A DNA stretch of 59,291 nt from a virus (Duplodnaviria; Caudoviricetes): the IMG/VR virus record IMGVR_UViG_3300045996_001841, positions 1 through 59,291 of that record; one strand, written 5' to 3'. A program made the position numbers and the translations under genes. Shown here piece after piece: positions 1 to 7,540 of this stretch. Within the stretch, counting starts at the first letter, position 1. Each line of letters opens with the position of its first letter. Under the pieces are notes generated by a model. That model saw nothing but the letters and a program-made list of their open reading frames with translations, was not told where the DNA came from and ran no database searches.

Positions 1-127
1 GGCGGAATCAGCGCTTCGGCCGGCGCGCGGGGCGCGGTGAGCGCCTGTTTCAGGCTCTCGGACACCGGTGGCGGACCCGGGACCTGTTCGGTGCCCGCGG
101 CGACCTGTGCGACGAGCGCGGCCAGGG
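1..127. repeat. Terminal direct repeat, copy 1 (assembly overlap)
   Basis: Identical to 59165-59291. 127 nt is a common assembler k-mer, and an ORF reads through the junction. Confidence 0.95.
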
Positions 128-149
128 CGCTTTTCGCGCGTCCGCTCAT
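1..149 (-). CDS. N-terminal part of putative terminase small subunit (continues at 59164 to 58798 across the circular junction)
   Basis: ATG at 149 overlaps the TGA of the upstream ORF (ATGA). MSGRAKSALAALVAQVAAGTEQVPGPPPV runs in frame into SESLKQ..., giving 171 aa in total. Confidence 0.7.
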   Translation of the reverse strand, partial: MSGRAKSALAALVAQVAAGTEQVPGPPPVSESLKQALTAPRAPAEALIP

Positions 150-544
150 TGATCGCCCCCTTCCGAGCACGACACGTCTCCCCCCGCGGTGCAGACGGGG
201 GTGGAGACGACGTAGGTCTTGTAGCCGGTCTTCGTGCCATCCTCCGAGCGCACCGCAAAGCGCACCGTGAACGACACCTGCCCGCGTCCGGGCTCAATTC
301 GGTCGAAATCCCGCGTCCAGATCCGCGCCTCGACGGCCCGGCAGCTCCCTTCCTTCTTCCCGGGCCCTTCCGGCAGGTAGTAGAGGCAGTAGTCGAGGGC
401 GTCGTCGAACCGATCCTTGTCGATGGAGGCGGTGACCCGGACCAACCGGAGCCCGATCCCGAGGGGGTTGTGGCAGCGCAGCGCAATCGGCGTCGCGCGA
501 GCCGCCAGCAACAGGACGATGAGGGTGGTGAGGGCCCGGCGCAT
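146..544 (-). CDS. Hypothetical secreted/membrane protein, first gene of packaging operon
   Basis: 132 aa ORF with signal-like N-terminus MRRALTTLIVLLLAA and several Cys; coupled to terS. Confidence 0.65.
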   Translation of the reverse strand: MRRALTTLIVLLLAARATPIALRCHNPLGIGLRLVRVTASIDKDRFDDALDYCLYYLPEGPGKKEGSCRAVEARIWTRDFDRIEPGRGQVSFTVRFAVRSEDGTKTGYKTYVVSTPVCTAGGDVSCSEGGDQ

Positions 545-574
545 CGCTTCAGCGTGCGCCGGGTGGGGAGAAAA

Positions 575-600
575 CGCTAGTTGGAGGCTCGTTTACGGGC
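575..600 (-). promoter_or_regulatory. Candidate late promoter/operator motif CCCGTAAACGAG-N8-TAGCG, copy 1
   Basis: Same motif and spacing at 51936-51960; both lie upstream of late operons. Confidence 0.6.
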
Positions 601-603
601 GGT

Positions 604-1095
604 TTACCCTTGCATGTCCGTGGGGCAGTAGGGCACCGGCGGCACATACTCGGAGTGGTAAGGGTTCGACTGGTTCCAGGTCAGGCCCTCGTCCTTCATC
701 CGGATCAAGCGGTTCCGGTAGGCCGGGCTGACGAAGACCGAGGTGTCGACCGTGCCATCTTCCCGGCGGGGGAGGGATTCTACCTGCGGCGGATAAAGCG
801 CGTGCATCCACACCGCGGCGGTGTAACATTTCTCCCAACCGGCGAACTCGGGGGAGGTCGGGTCCTGGTCCGGGTCGACGCCTTCCCGCAGTGTCGGAAT
901 TTTGACATTGATGGGCTCGGGCTCAGGTTCTTGCAGGGCGGCGATGGCGTCCTTGAGCGACGAGGCCTGCTGAGCTACCCTTTCGTGCAGCGCATTCAGG
1001 TCAGAACGATACTTGTCGAGCCGGGTAAGGCGTGTTTCAACCAGGGATAGCTTGCGTTTCAACGCGCGGACCAGCTCCTTGTTACCGTAGCGCAT
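604..1095 (-). CDS. Hypothetical protein with N-terminal coiled coil
   Basis: SD AAAGGAG precedes ATG 1095 (MRYGNKELVR...); has its own sigma70 promoter. Confidence 0.75.
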   Translation of the reverse strand: MRYGNKELVRALKRKLSLVETRLTRLDKYRSDLNALHERVAQQASSLKDAIAALQEPEPEPINVKIPTLREGVDPDQDPTSPEFAGWEKCYTAAVWMHALYPPQVESLPRREDGTVDTSVFVSPAYRNRLIRMKDEGLTWNQSNPYHSEYVPPVPYCPTDMQG

Positions 1096-1117
1096 GTGTG
1101 TGGCTCCTTTGTGGGGT

Positions 1118-1146
1118 AGTATGGAGTCGGGAACCCGGGTTGTCAA
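1118..1146 (-). promoter_or_regulatory. sigma70-type promoter, leftward
   Basis: TTGACA-17 nt-CATACT on the minus strand. Confidence 0.75.
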
Positions 1147-1279
1147 GAGGATTCTAGGAGTCCCGCTCGTCGTCCCGTGGACCTAGCCAAGAATCGACGG
1201 GTCGGGGCCCCCCGCGAAAAGCGTTCCCGCGATTCCGGCGCCTAAGTCATTACAGGTCAGTAACATACGGGCTCGTGTT

Positions 1280-1331
1280 CCTCGAGCCTGCCACCCCTCG
1301 AGCCCTGGCCCTCGAGCCCTGGCCCTCGAGG
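1280..1331. repeat. Tandem 14-nt repeat CCCTCGAGCCCTGG with four CTCGAG cores
   Basis: Full units at 1295-1308 and 1309-1322; partial units at 1280 and 1323. Confidence 0.85.
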
Positions 1332-1512
1332 CGGGCCTATGTGCTGCGCTGTCAGTGGGTTAGAGGGAAAGGAGCGGACTACCTTGAGGTAAGGGCCTCG
1401 AGCAGGTTTTCGCCAAGGTGCCTATTTCCTTAGGCGAAACACGCGCGATTTCCTTAGGAAAAACCCCTTGTGTCTGATAATGGCTGTTATGTTAACTTGA
1501 TTTGGCCTTTAG

Positions 1513-1525
1513 AATCAATGACTTA
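1513..1525 (+). promoter_or_regulatory. IHF-consensus site
   Basis: AATCAATGACTTA matches WATCAANNNNTTR exactly. Confidence 0.55.
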
Positions 1526-1917
1526 GGCCCGGTGTCCTGTTATGGGGACAGGCGCGTGGATTGGTCGAGGATTCTGGCGGGGTCCACGCGCGGTCCAGTG
1601 AAGCCGGATATATGAGCAAGCGCTCAGATGTCGATCCACGCTAATATACGAGGTGTGGATCGGGTAATCGCCTAGATTCCAAAAGACTTAACCCGTTTGA
1701 TCCATATGATCCATACTTTTTCTATTAATAGGAGCTATGTGTATTCCAGAACCCCGGGCCCGGAGCCCTGGACCTCGCTGGCAGCAACGATTTCATTTTT
1801 CCCGTTTATGTGTCACACACGACTTAAGTCCTTATCCCTCAATCACCTATCCCGATCCACACCCCACTTTTCCGTTCATAAATCCGGTCAAAGTGGATAG
1901 AACACGTAAAAGAACGC

Positions 1918-1946
1918 TTGACACGTGCCGCGCGTCCGTTTATATT
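1918..1946 (+). promoter_or_regulatory. sigma70-type early promoter
   Basis: TTGACA-17 nt-TATATT. Confidence 0.85.
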
Positions 1947-1987
1947 GTCCTCACTACGGCAATTCCGCCATGTATACGGAGGCCCGA

Positions 1988-2137
1988 ATGCTTTTCACCC
2001 TCACGATCATCACGCCAAAAGGTCAGACCGTCACCTATGGTCTGACACAGACCGAGGTCAATCGCACCTTGCAGGGCTGGTTTGATTGGTTGGATCGTTG
2101 CCCGAACGTGTCGATCCGTTTCGAGGTGAGGCAATGA
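1988..2137 (+). CDS. Small early hypothetical protein (49 aa)
   Basis: GGAGG SD then ATG 1988, directly after the promoter. Confidence 0.65.
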   Translation: MLFTLTIITPKGQTVTYGLTQTEVNRTLQGWFDWLDRCPNVSIRFEVRQ

Positions 2138-2199
2138 TCGCCTTTGTCCTCGGTTCGCTGCTCCTGTTGATCGTGGCTGTCTGCACCTGGGAGGCCTAA
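2134..2199 (+). CDS. Tiny hydrophobic peptide (21 aa)
   Basis: ATGA-coupled; MIAFVLGSLLLLIVAVCTWEA. Confidence 0.45.
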   Translation: MIAFVLGSLLLLIVAVCTWEA

Positions 2200-2202
2200 A
2201 TC

Positions 2203-2544
2203 ATGTTTGAAGTCATCGTCTCGAACATCGGGAACGTTTACAGCGGCACCAACAGCGATCATGCATGGGAAGTGTATCGATCCTATGTGCTCCTGAGCCA
2301 AAACCCGGATTCCGGACGCGCGTCCGGTGAAACAGTCGCACTGTTCAACGGAGAAAACCTCGAGGCAGAGCACATGACCAGCAAGCGCACTGAAGCCATC
2401 GACGAAGCCCTGACGCGAGTCCTAGACCGCATGGGCACTAAGGGTGAGACGCTTGACGAGGCCATTGAAGCCGTCTACGCCGATTACGGTGGTTTAGCAT
2501 TTGCGCGCTTGCTGAAGCGTGCGGCTCAAGGAGAACGCGCATGA
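2203..2544 (+). CDS. Early hypothetical protein
   Basis: GGAGG SD; part of tight gene chain. Confidence 0.7.
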   Translation: MFEVIVSNIGNVYSGTNSDHAWEVYRSYVLLSQNPDSGRASGETVALFNGENLEAEHMTSKRTEAIDEALTRVLDRMGTKGETLDEAIEAVYADYGGLAFARLLKRAAQGERA

Positions 2545-2864
2545 CCAAGACAGAAGAACAAAGCTGGCAGGAAGCCCGACGACTTGAGCAGGAATACGCG
2601 CGGCAGGTCAGCGATGATCGCACGGATAAGGCGCTCGACATTTCACCGTCAGCGGTGATGGCATCGTGTGCGTTTTGCGGAGTTGATTACACTCACCAAA
2701 TCGCTACGTGCGGGACGTGCGGTCGCTCGACATGCCCAGATCATAGGGTCAACGACCACGCCTCACGCTGCAATGACTGCGCGGTAGCGTTTTACACCAT
2801 TACGCGAGAGCAGATAGCAGAGCTGCTTTCAAGTCCCGGCGCACCGTTTCAATTGGAGGAATAA
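2541..2864 (+). CDS. Cys-rich (Zn-binding) hypothetical protein
   Basis: CxxC, CxxC, CxxH and CxxC motifs; AAGGAG SD. Confidence 0.7.
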   Translation: MTKTEEQSWQEARRLEQEYARQVSDDRTDKALDISPSAVMASCAFCGVDYTHQIATCGTCGRSTCPDHRVNDHASRCNDCAVAFYTITREQIAELLSSPGAPFQLEE

Positions 2865-2989
2865 TGTTCACCCTCACCTATCACCTACACGGCCGGCTGA
2901 CGATCGAAGTCCTCACCTATTCGCAGGCGCGCCTGCGAATGGCGACGCTCGACGCGCGAGGGATTCCCTCCACGTTAACCCTGAGGTAA
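2864..2989 (+). CDS. Small hypothetical protein (41 aa)
   Basis: TAATG coupling at both ends; GGAGG SD. Confidence 0.55.
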   Translation: MFTLTYHLHGRLTIEVLTYSQARLRMATLDARGIPSTLTLR

Positions 2990-3228
2990 TGACAATGGCA
3001 GCAGGAATGATGCAAAAACCGGGAAGCAAGCTAGGACCGTGCAAGCAATGTAAACATAGAGACTGCCAGCAAACACGCGCGGATGCTGCGGCGTTGTGCA
3101 CGTTCTGTGACAAACCAATCGGTTATGGCGTTGGTTTCTACCGCTCGCGTGGAGCGCTTGCTCACGCACTGTGTTCTGAGGCGGCCGTCGATCGCAACGA
3201 TCCGAAGGTAACACTGTTTTTTGGTTGA
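2989..3228 (+). CDS. Cys-rich hypothetical protein
   Basis: CxxCxHxxC, CxxC and HxxC motifs. Confidence 0.65.
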   Translation: MTMAAGMMQKPGSKLGPCKQCKHRDCQQTRADAAALCTFCDKPIGYGVGFYRSRGALAHALCSEAAVDRNDPKVTLFFG

Positions 3229-3246
3229 TCTGAAAGGATAAGCGCC

Positions 3247-4095
3247 ATGTATACGCTGAATCGTTACCTCAAGGAAGCGCTAGACCACGGAACCCTGGAT
3301 TTTATGGGCCTGACGTTTGCCACCGACTACGCGGAACCTGGCTATACGGCCGGCGAAAAAGGCGTCGCGTTTGGCAACTGGAACGATCGAACGCGCTGGA
3401 ACCCTGAGACACAGCGATCGGAGCCTGTCAACGGGAAACTGGGCCCAAAAGGGTCCACAGTCCCCTCGAGGTTGGGCAAGGTCCTCGAGGCCGCGGGCTA
3501 TGAGATTGAATGGAGCGACGAATGGACCACGTGCGAGGACTGTAATCGCGCGATCCGCACGTCAGCGGATTCCTACGGATGGCGCGCGTCCTACGTGATG
3601 ATTGATGACTGCGCGATCGTGTGCGAGGACTGCGCAGTCAAAGATCCCGATACCCTGCTCGAGCAATACGTCAACGATCCGCATCGCGCGATGACCTTCG
3701 ATTTCGATTTCGAGGGGAACGGCTGGAAGAAATGGAACTCGGAGCGATTTGAAAACGGGTTTCACCCTGGACAGACGGACGATCCGCGCACGATTGCGAA
3801 AGAGGTTGAGGCGGACGGGTATCCGGAGTGGGTCTTCCATATTCCAGCCGTGGGGCAATTTGACATCCATTTCAACGTTTACGTGAAGGTCCGGCCAGCG
3901 CTCGAAGTGCTCGACCGCGCGATCGATCGCTTCGATCACACGGGTGAGGACCTGAACCTGGACCTGTATGGGGCGCGCGAAATCCTGGCAGCCTGCCGGG
4001 ATCATCTGGCCGGGTGCGATTACGTGAAGACCGATCGCCAACTACGCGCAGTGATCTCGGATCTGCTGTTGGACCTCGAGGCCGGCCGTCGCTGA
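3247..4095 (+). CDS. Early phage hypothetical protein with Zn ribbon
   Basis: 282 aa, two CEDC motifs, AAAGGA SD. Confidence 0.8.
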   Translation: MYTLNRYLKEALDHGTLDFMGLTFATDYAEPGYTAGEKGVAFGNWNDRTRWNPETQRSEPVNGKLGPKGSTVPSRLGKVLEAAGYEIEWSDEWTTCEDCNRAIRTSADSYGWRASYVMIDDCAIVCEDCAVKDPDTLLEQYVNDPHRAMTFDFDFEGNGWKKWNSERFENGFHPGQTDDPRTIAKEVEADGYPEWVFHIPAVGQFDIHFNVYVKVRPALEVLDRAIDRFDHTGEDLNLDLYGAREILAACRDHLAGCDYVKTDRQLRAVISDLLLDLEAGRR

Positions 4096-4155
4096 AGTCC
4101 TTGCACACGATCCACAACCCCTCGGGGTTGTGGATCGAATGGAGGGATCAGCCCT
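4089..4155 (+). ncRNA. Repeated structured intergenic RNA motif, copy 1
   Basis: Flanks identical to copy 2 and enclose a 30-nt hairpin at 4108-4137. Confidence 0.75.
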
Positions 4156-4178
4156 ACCACTGAAAGGAGCAATGCGCC

Positions 4179-4739
4179 ATGCGAACGCAACAAGATCACA
4201 AGGTCCGCGCGGTCAGCCTCGCCAACTTAGAGGCTATGTGCAATCGAGCCTCCGGCATGTGTCATCGGTTCTCCGTGTCCAAGGTGTCCCGATCGCGCGT
4301 GCACGTGGACTACTCGAACCCTGACGAATACGGGCACGAACGGCCGATTACCGCGGTCTTTCCCTGCATTCCAAACGATTTCGAGCCTGAGAACCCGATC
4401 GTCCTGATCGGCGCAATGCTGCGCACGATTGGCGGTGATGGTGATCCGGATTACGACTATCAGCAGTTCGATCCGATCGTCAGCGGGTCGGCGCTCTACC
4501 GCTCGAGGACAGACTGGCGGACCAGACAAGAGATCAGCGGCGATCGGTATCTCTGCCCCGATAACGTGGAGCGAACGGTCGATTGGAACCACTCTTACAC
4601 CGACGATCGGATGGCTGCCTTCAATGTGACGGCTGAAGTAAAGCCTCCGGATTATTGGGATCAGATTGGCGCGCGTCGCGTGTTTGTCTTCTTCCCCTGG
4701 TCGGATCTGACGCCCGTTCGCGCGGAGGTTCAATCATGA
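4179..4739 (+). CDS. Early hypothetical protein
   Basis: AAAGGAG SD; 186 aa. Confidence 0.75.
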   Translation: MRTQQDHKVRAVSLANLEAMCNRASGMCHRFSVSKVSRSRVHVDYSNPDEYGHERPITAVFPCIPNDFEPENPIVLIGAMLRTIGGDGDPDYDYQQFDPIVSGSALYRSRTDWRTRQEISGDRYLCPDNVERTVDWNHSYTDDRMAAFNVTAEVKPPDYWDQIGARRVFVFFPWSDLTPVRAEVQS

Positions 4740-5062
4740 CACCCCGCTTTTATCGCGCGGAGGGGCCTGTCCGATCGCTCCTGGTCCCGTGTCGGTTCGT
4801 CTGTTTTGCGAATCGTGAGATCACGACGGGGAAAGGCAAACGCACCAGGACGCGCGTGCAATGTGTCGCGTGGGAGGCCTGGAACCCCGATCCCACCCTC
4901 GAGGCCCACATGGCACGGCTGCCGGGATCGGGATCGTTCTACTGGTTGAATGCCATTCGCGTCCTGGTGGCGGCAAAGGCGGCAATGCGCGCCGATCCCA
5001 GCATTCACCAGATCAAGCTTGAAACGATTTCAGGACAGGAGATTGGCCGGTTGTATCGCTGA
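4736..5062 (+). CDS. Early hypothetical protein
   Basis: GGAGG SD and ATGA overlap (MTPRFYR...). Confidence 0.7.
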   Translation: MTPRFYRAEGPVRSLLVPCRFVCFANREITTGKGKRTRTRVQCVAWEAWNPDPTLEAHMARLPGSGSFYWLNAIRVLVAAKAAMRADPSIHQIKLETISGQEIGRLYR

Positions 5063-5122
5063 AGTCCTTGCACACGACAGACGAGCCTCGAGGCTCGTCT
5101 GTCGAATGGAGGGATCAGCCCT
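5056..5122 (+). ncRNA. Repeated structured intergenic RNA motif, copy 2
   Basis: Same flanks as copy 1 around a different perfect 30-nt palindrome at 5075-5104. Confidence 0.75.
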
Positions 5123-5142
5123 TCGACACAAAGGAGCAGCAG

Positions 5143-5481
5143 ATGGCAAGCGAACACGAAAACCTGCACGAGTTCTACGCGGCCACGAAGGCACAGCAGC
5201 CGGCAGAGGCCTGCCGGATCGCCTACACGATCGAGCTGACTGCGGACGAATACCGCTCAGCCGAATACATGAGTGCTCGAGGGTATCTCGGCTGCGTCAC
5301 GGAGCACGCCACGGAAACCGAGGATCGGGACGATGGATCCGTGGTTCTCAAGTTCACGGAGTCCGATGCCTGGAACGTGCAGCAGGTGTGTGAAGACGAC
5401 GAGCACGCGGTGTGGAGCCTCACTACCCCGTCCACGTCCCTCGGACAGAAGTTCCAAGCGTTCCTCGATCAAATTGTCTGA
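5143..5481 (+). CDS. Acidic early hypothetical protein
   Basis: AAAGGAG SD before ATG 5143 (MASEHENL...). Confidence 0.7.
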   Translation: MASEHENLHEFYAATKAQQPAEACRIAYTIELTADEYRSAEYMSARGYLGCVTEHATETEDRDDGSVVLKFTESDAWNVQQVCEDDEHAVWSLTTPSTSLGQKFQAFLDQIV

Positions 5482-5485
5482 GGGG

Positions 5486-5514
5486 TTGACAGAAAGCCTG
5501 TCGTTTGCTATATT
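5486..5514 (+). promoter_or_regulatory. sigma70-type early promoter with extended -10
   Basis: TTGACA-17 nt-TATATT, with TG two bases before the -10 box. Confidence 0.85.
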
Positions 5515-5556
5515 GCCTGTTAGAGACGACGGAGCAAGGCACAGCAGGAGGCCGGC

Positions 5557-5868
5557 ATGGTTGAAACACTCCCCGTGATCTTTCGCGCTGGCAAGGAACA
5601 CGGCCAGATCTGGATTACGGCCGTCTTCCCCACATTGCAGGGGACCGATGATCGGAACACGTTCACGATCTACCAGCACATAGGGCAGCATGGGGCCGGC
5701 CGCTACGAGTGGTATCGCCGGACCCGGCCGGCGCGCCCCTCGGAGTATGCGGATTTGCTCAAGGAACTGCGCGGGATCTACGAAACGCCGGGACCAGGAG
5801 ACACGCCAGCGATCCGCCTCGAGGTTCGACAGCGCATGCACGCGAGTTACCGCCGACAGCGAAGCTGA
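5557..5868 (+). CDS. Phage early hypothetical protein
   Basis: AGGAGG SD; VIFR...AVFP...HIGQH...TRPA.P.EY.DLLKEL pattern that I recognise from small phage proteins. Confidence 0.75.
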   Translation: MVETLPVIFRAGKEHGQIWITAVFPTLQGTDDRNTFTIYQHIGQHGAGRYEWYRRTRPARPSEYADLLKELRGIYETPGPGDTPAIRLEVRQRMHASYRRQRS

Positions 5869-5873
5869 AAGGA

Positions 5874-5932
5874 GGCCGAAACCCTCGAGCAGTCCTCGAG
5901 GGTCCGCACGTGAAGCGTGCGCTGATGAGGCT
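5874..5932 (+). ncRNA. Hammerhead ribozyme, type II
   Basis: GGCC-GAAA-stem III (CCCUCGAG/CUCGAGGG)-UC-stem I (CGCACG/CGUGCG)-CUGAUGA-GGCU. The full catalytic core is present, with predicted GUC cleavage after 5904. Confidence 0.92.
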
Positions 5933-5937
5933 ACACA

Positions 5938-6063
5938 ATGAAAACAGGTTACACGCGACTCAGGAAACGTGACTGGTATGTGCAGGGTGGGTTCAGCAAT
6001 CCGCGCCTCTTTCGCCGGATGCGCGGCGGCGTGTGGCACTACTACCGGCTGACCTACTACTAG
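5938..6063 (+). CDS. Small basic/aromatic protein (41 aa)
   Basis: MKTGYTRLRKRDWYVQGGFSNPRLFRRMRGGVWHYYRLTYY; GAGG SD lies inside the ribozyme 3' end. Confidence 0.6.
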   Translation: MKTGYTRLRKRDWYVQGGFSNPRLFRRMRGGVWHYYRLTYY

Positions 6064-6120
6064 AGAGAGAGGGCGCAATCCCGCGCCGGCAGTCCGGCCC
6101 GAATGGGCTGAGGTGACGCC

Positions 6121-6876
6121 ATGAAGAAAACAGACAAAGACAAGCAGGACGCGATCGATCAACTGCGGGAATGGCTGAAGCCCGGGGATACGGTCTATAC
6201 GATCCTCGAGCACGTGTCCCGGTCCGGCATGAGTCGCACGATCCGCGTAGTCGTGCCTTACGTGAGGGACGACGGCAGGATCGATCACTTGCACCCCAAT
6301 TACAGCGTAGCGAAGGCGATCGGCGCGCGGCGCAAGGGCGACGGGATCGTCATGGGCGGCTGCGGGATGGATATGGGCTTCGCCCTGGTCTATGAGCTGT
6401 CCTCCGTGCTCTATGGGCATCTCCGTTGCGAGGCCTGCGGCAAGTATCCCAGCGGGGAATACCGGACGATCATCGATGCAATGATTACCTCGTCGCGTGG
6501 CGCGGATCTCGTGATCACGTGCGAACACTGTCAGGAGCGGCTGTCCGGCGGCTATCAATGCCTCGGCAAAGGCAAGTGCCCCTCGAACTATCACGTCAAC
6601 CATCGGGATACGATCCAGTGCCCCGGAACCGAGGTGTATAACCCGGACGGGCCCAACACCGGCCATCGCTGTTACTGGCAGCGGGGGATCGGGTGGGTCA
6701 TTCCGAGTGATGAAACGGATCCGGCGCGTTTGGTCAATCCCGATCCGAGTGATGAGGCTTGGATCCGGATCTGTCCGACGTGCAACGGCACGGGCCGGAT
6801 TCCCAACCCCGAAGGCCCGGAGCGGTTCGATTTGCTCCACACGGACGGATACGCGCTCCGTCATAGGTGGCTGTAA
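6121..6876 (+). CDS. Phage hypothetical protein with Cys-rich insertions
   Basis: LKPGDTVYTILEHVSRSGMSR...GCGMDMGF core plus several CxxC motifs. Confidence 0.8.
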   Translation: MKKTDKDKQDAIDQLREWLKPGDTVYTILEHVSRSGMSRTIRVVVPYVRDDGRIDHLHPNYSVAKAIGARRKGDGIVMGGCGMDMGFALVYELSSVLYGHLRCEACGKYPSGEYRTIIDAMITSSRGADLVITCEHCQERLSGGYQCLGKGKCPSNYHVNHRDTIQCPGTEVYNPDGPNTGHRCYWQRGIGWVIPSDETDPARLVNPDPSDEAWIRICPTCNGTGRIPNPEGPERFDLLHTDGYALRHRWL

Positions 6877-7058
6877 TGTATCGCGTAAATTGGGACAACT
6901 GCGCGCATGCGTGCGGCACCTTTCCGGATCGGTTTGCTACGTATGAGGAGGCAGACGCCTACGGGCGCGCCTGGCAGGCTGAGATGGAAGCCGTCGATCC
7001 GGTTGATCCGGTTGAGGACGGCTACTCCTACGAAGTGATCGAGGAGCCGGAGCCATGA
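6876..7058 (+). CDS. Small acidic hypothetical protein
   Basis: TAATG coupling (MYRVNWDN...). Confidence 0.6.
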   Translation: MYRVNWDNCAHACGTFPDRFATYEEADAYGRAWQAEMEAVDPVDPVEDGYSYEVIEEPEP

Positions 7059-7354
7059 TCAAAGCTACAGACGCCGCCGTGCAACTGTGGATTAACCGGT
7101 ATGGGCCGCCGTGGGCGGCCCGCCCGGTATCGATTCACGAGATCATCAACCAGAATGCCGACTGCCCGAAACGGCGCGGCAAAGAGCTGGAGCGGGCGAC
7201 CGCCCTGGCGTCGATGCGCGCGTGGGTCCGGTCGGACCTGCGGCGAGGGGATTCGGCAGCGGGATCGTTGCATCGTCTGCTCGTGGTGCTCGATCCGTGC
7301 AGCCGGCGCGCCAGCATCGCGCGACGCTGGCTCCGGAGACTCGAGGGAGCCTAG
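7055..7354 (+). CDS. Hypothetical protein
   Basis: ATGA coupling. Confidence 0.55.
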   Translation: MIKATDAAVQLWINRYGPPWAARPVSIHEIINQNADCPKRRGKELERATALASMRAWVRSDLRRGDSAAGSLHRLLVVLDPCSRRASIARRWLRRLEGA

Positions 7355-7357
7355 ACC

Positions 7358-7540
7358 ATGCTGAAAACAACGATCCGGAAAATCACGAACCTGCGGAATC
7401 CGGGGAAGCCCTGGTCGCTGCAATGGCAAACGGAGAACATGCCCGCGCCCGCGTTCTGGTATTTCGCCACGGAGGACGAAGCGCAGCAGGAAGAACGAAA
7501 CCTGCACACGCAGCGGCGTTCACAAAAGGATCTCCGATGA
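7358..7540 (+). CDS. Hypothetical protein
   Basis: GGGAG SD; fits gene chain. Confidence 0.6.
   Translation: MLKTTIRKITNLRNPGKPWSLQWQTENMPAPAFWYFATEDEAQQEERNLHTQRRSQKDLR

Larger units (their letters stand above)
1147..1917. other. Large non-coding control region (candidate packaging site and/or replication origin)
   Basis: About 770 nt without a credible ORF, AT-richer, between divergent promoters, with tandem repeats and IHF-like sites. Confidence 0.6.

Noticed and set aside
1280-1331. CRISPR-like mini-array
   Set aside because: The 14-nt units are tandem with no unique spacers, and no cas genes are present.
4089-6120. HDV-like ribozyme suggested by CGAATGG words after hairpins
   Set aside because: The nested P1/P3/P1.1 elements cannot be built in any of the copies.
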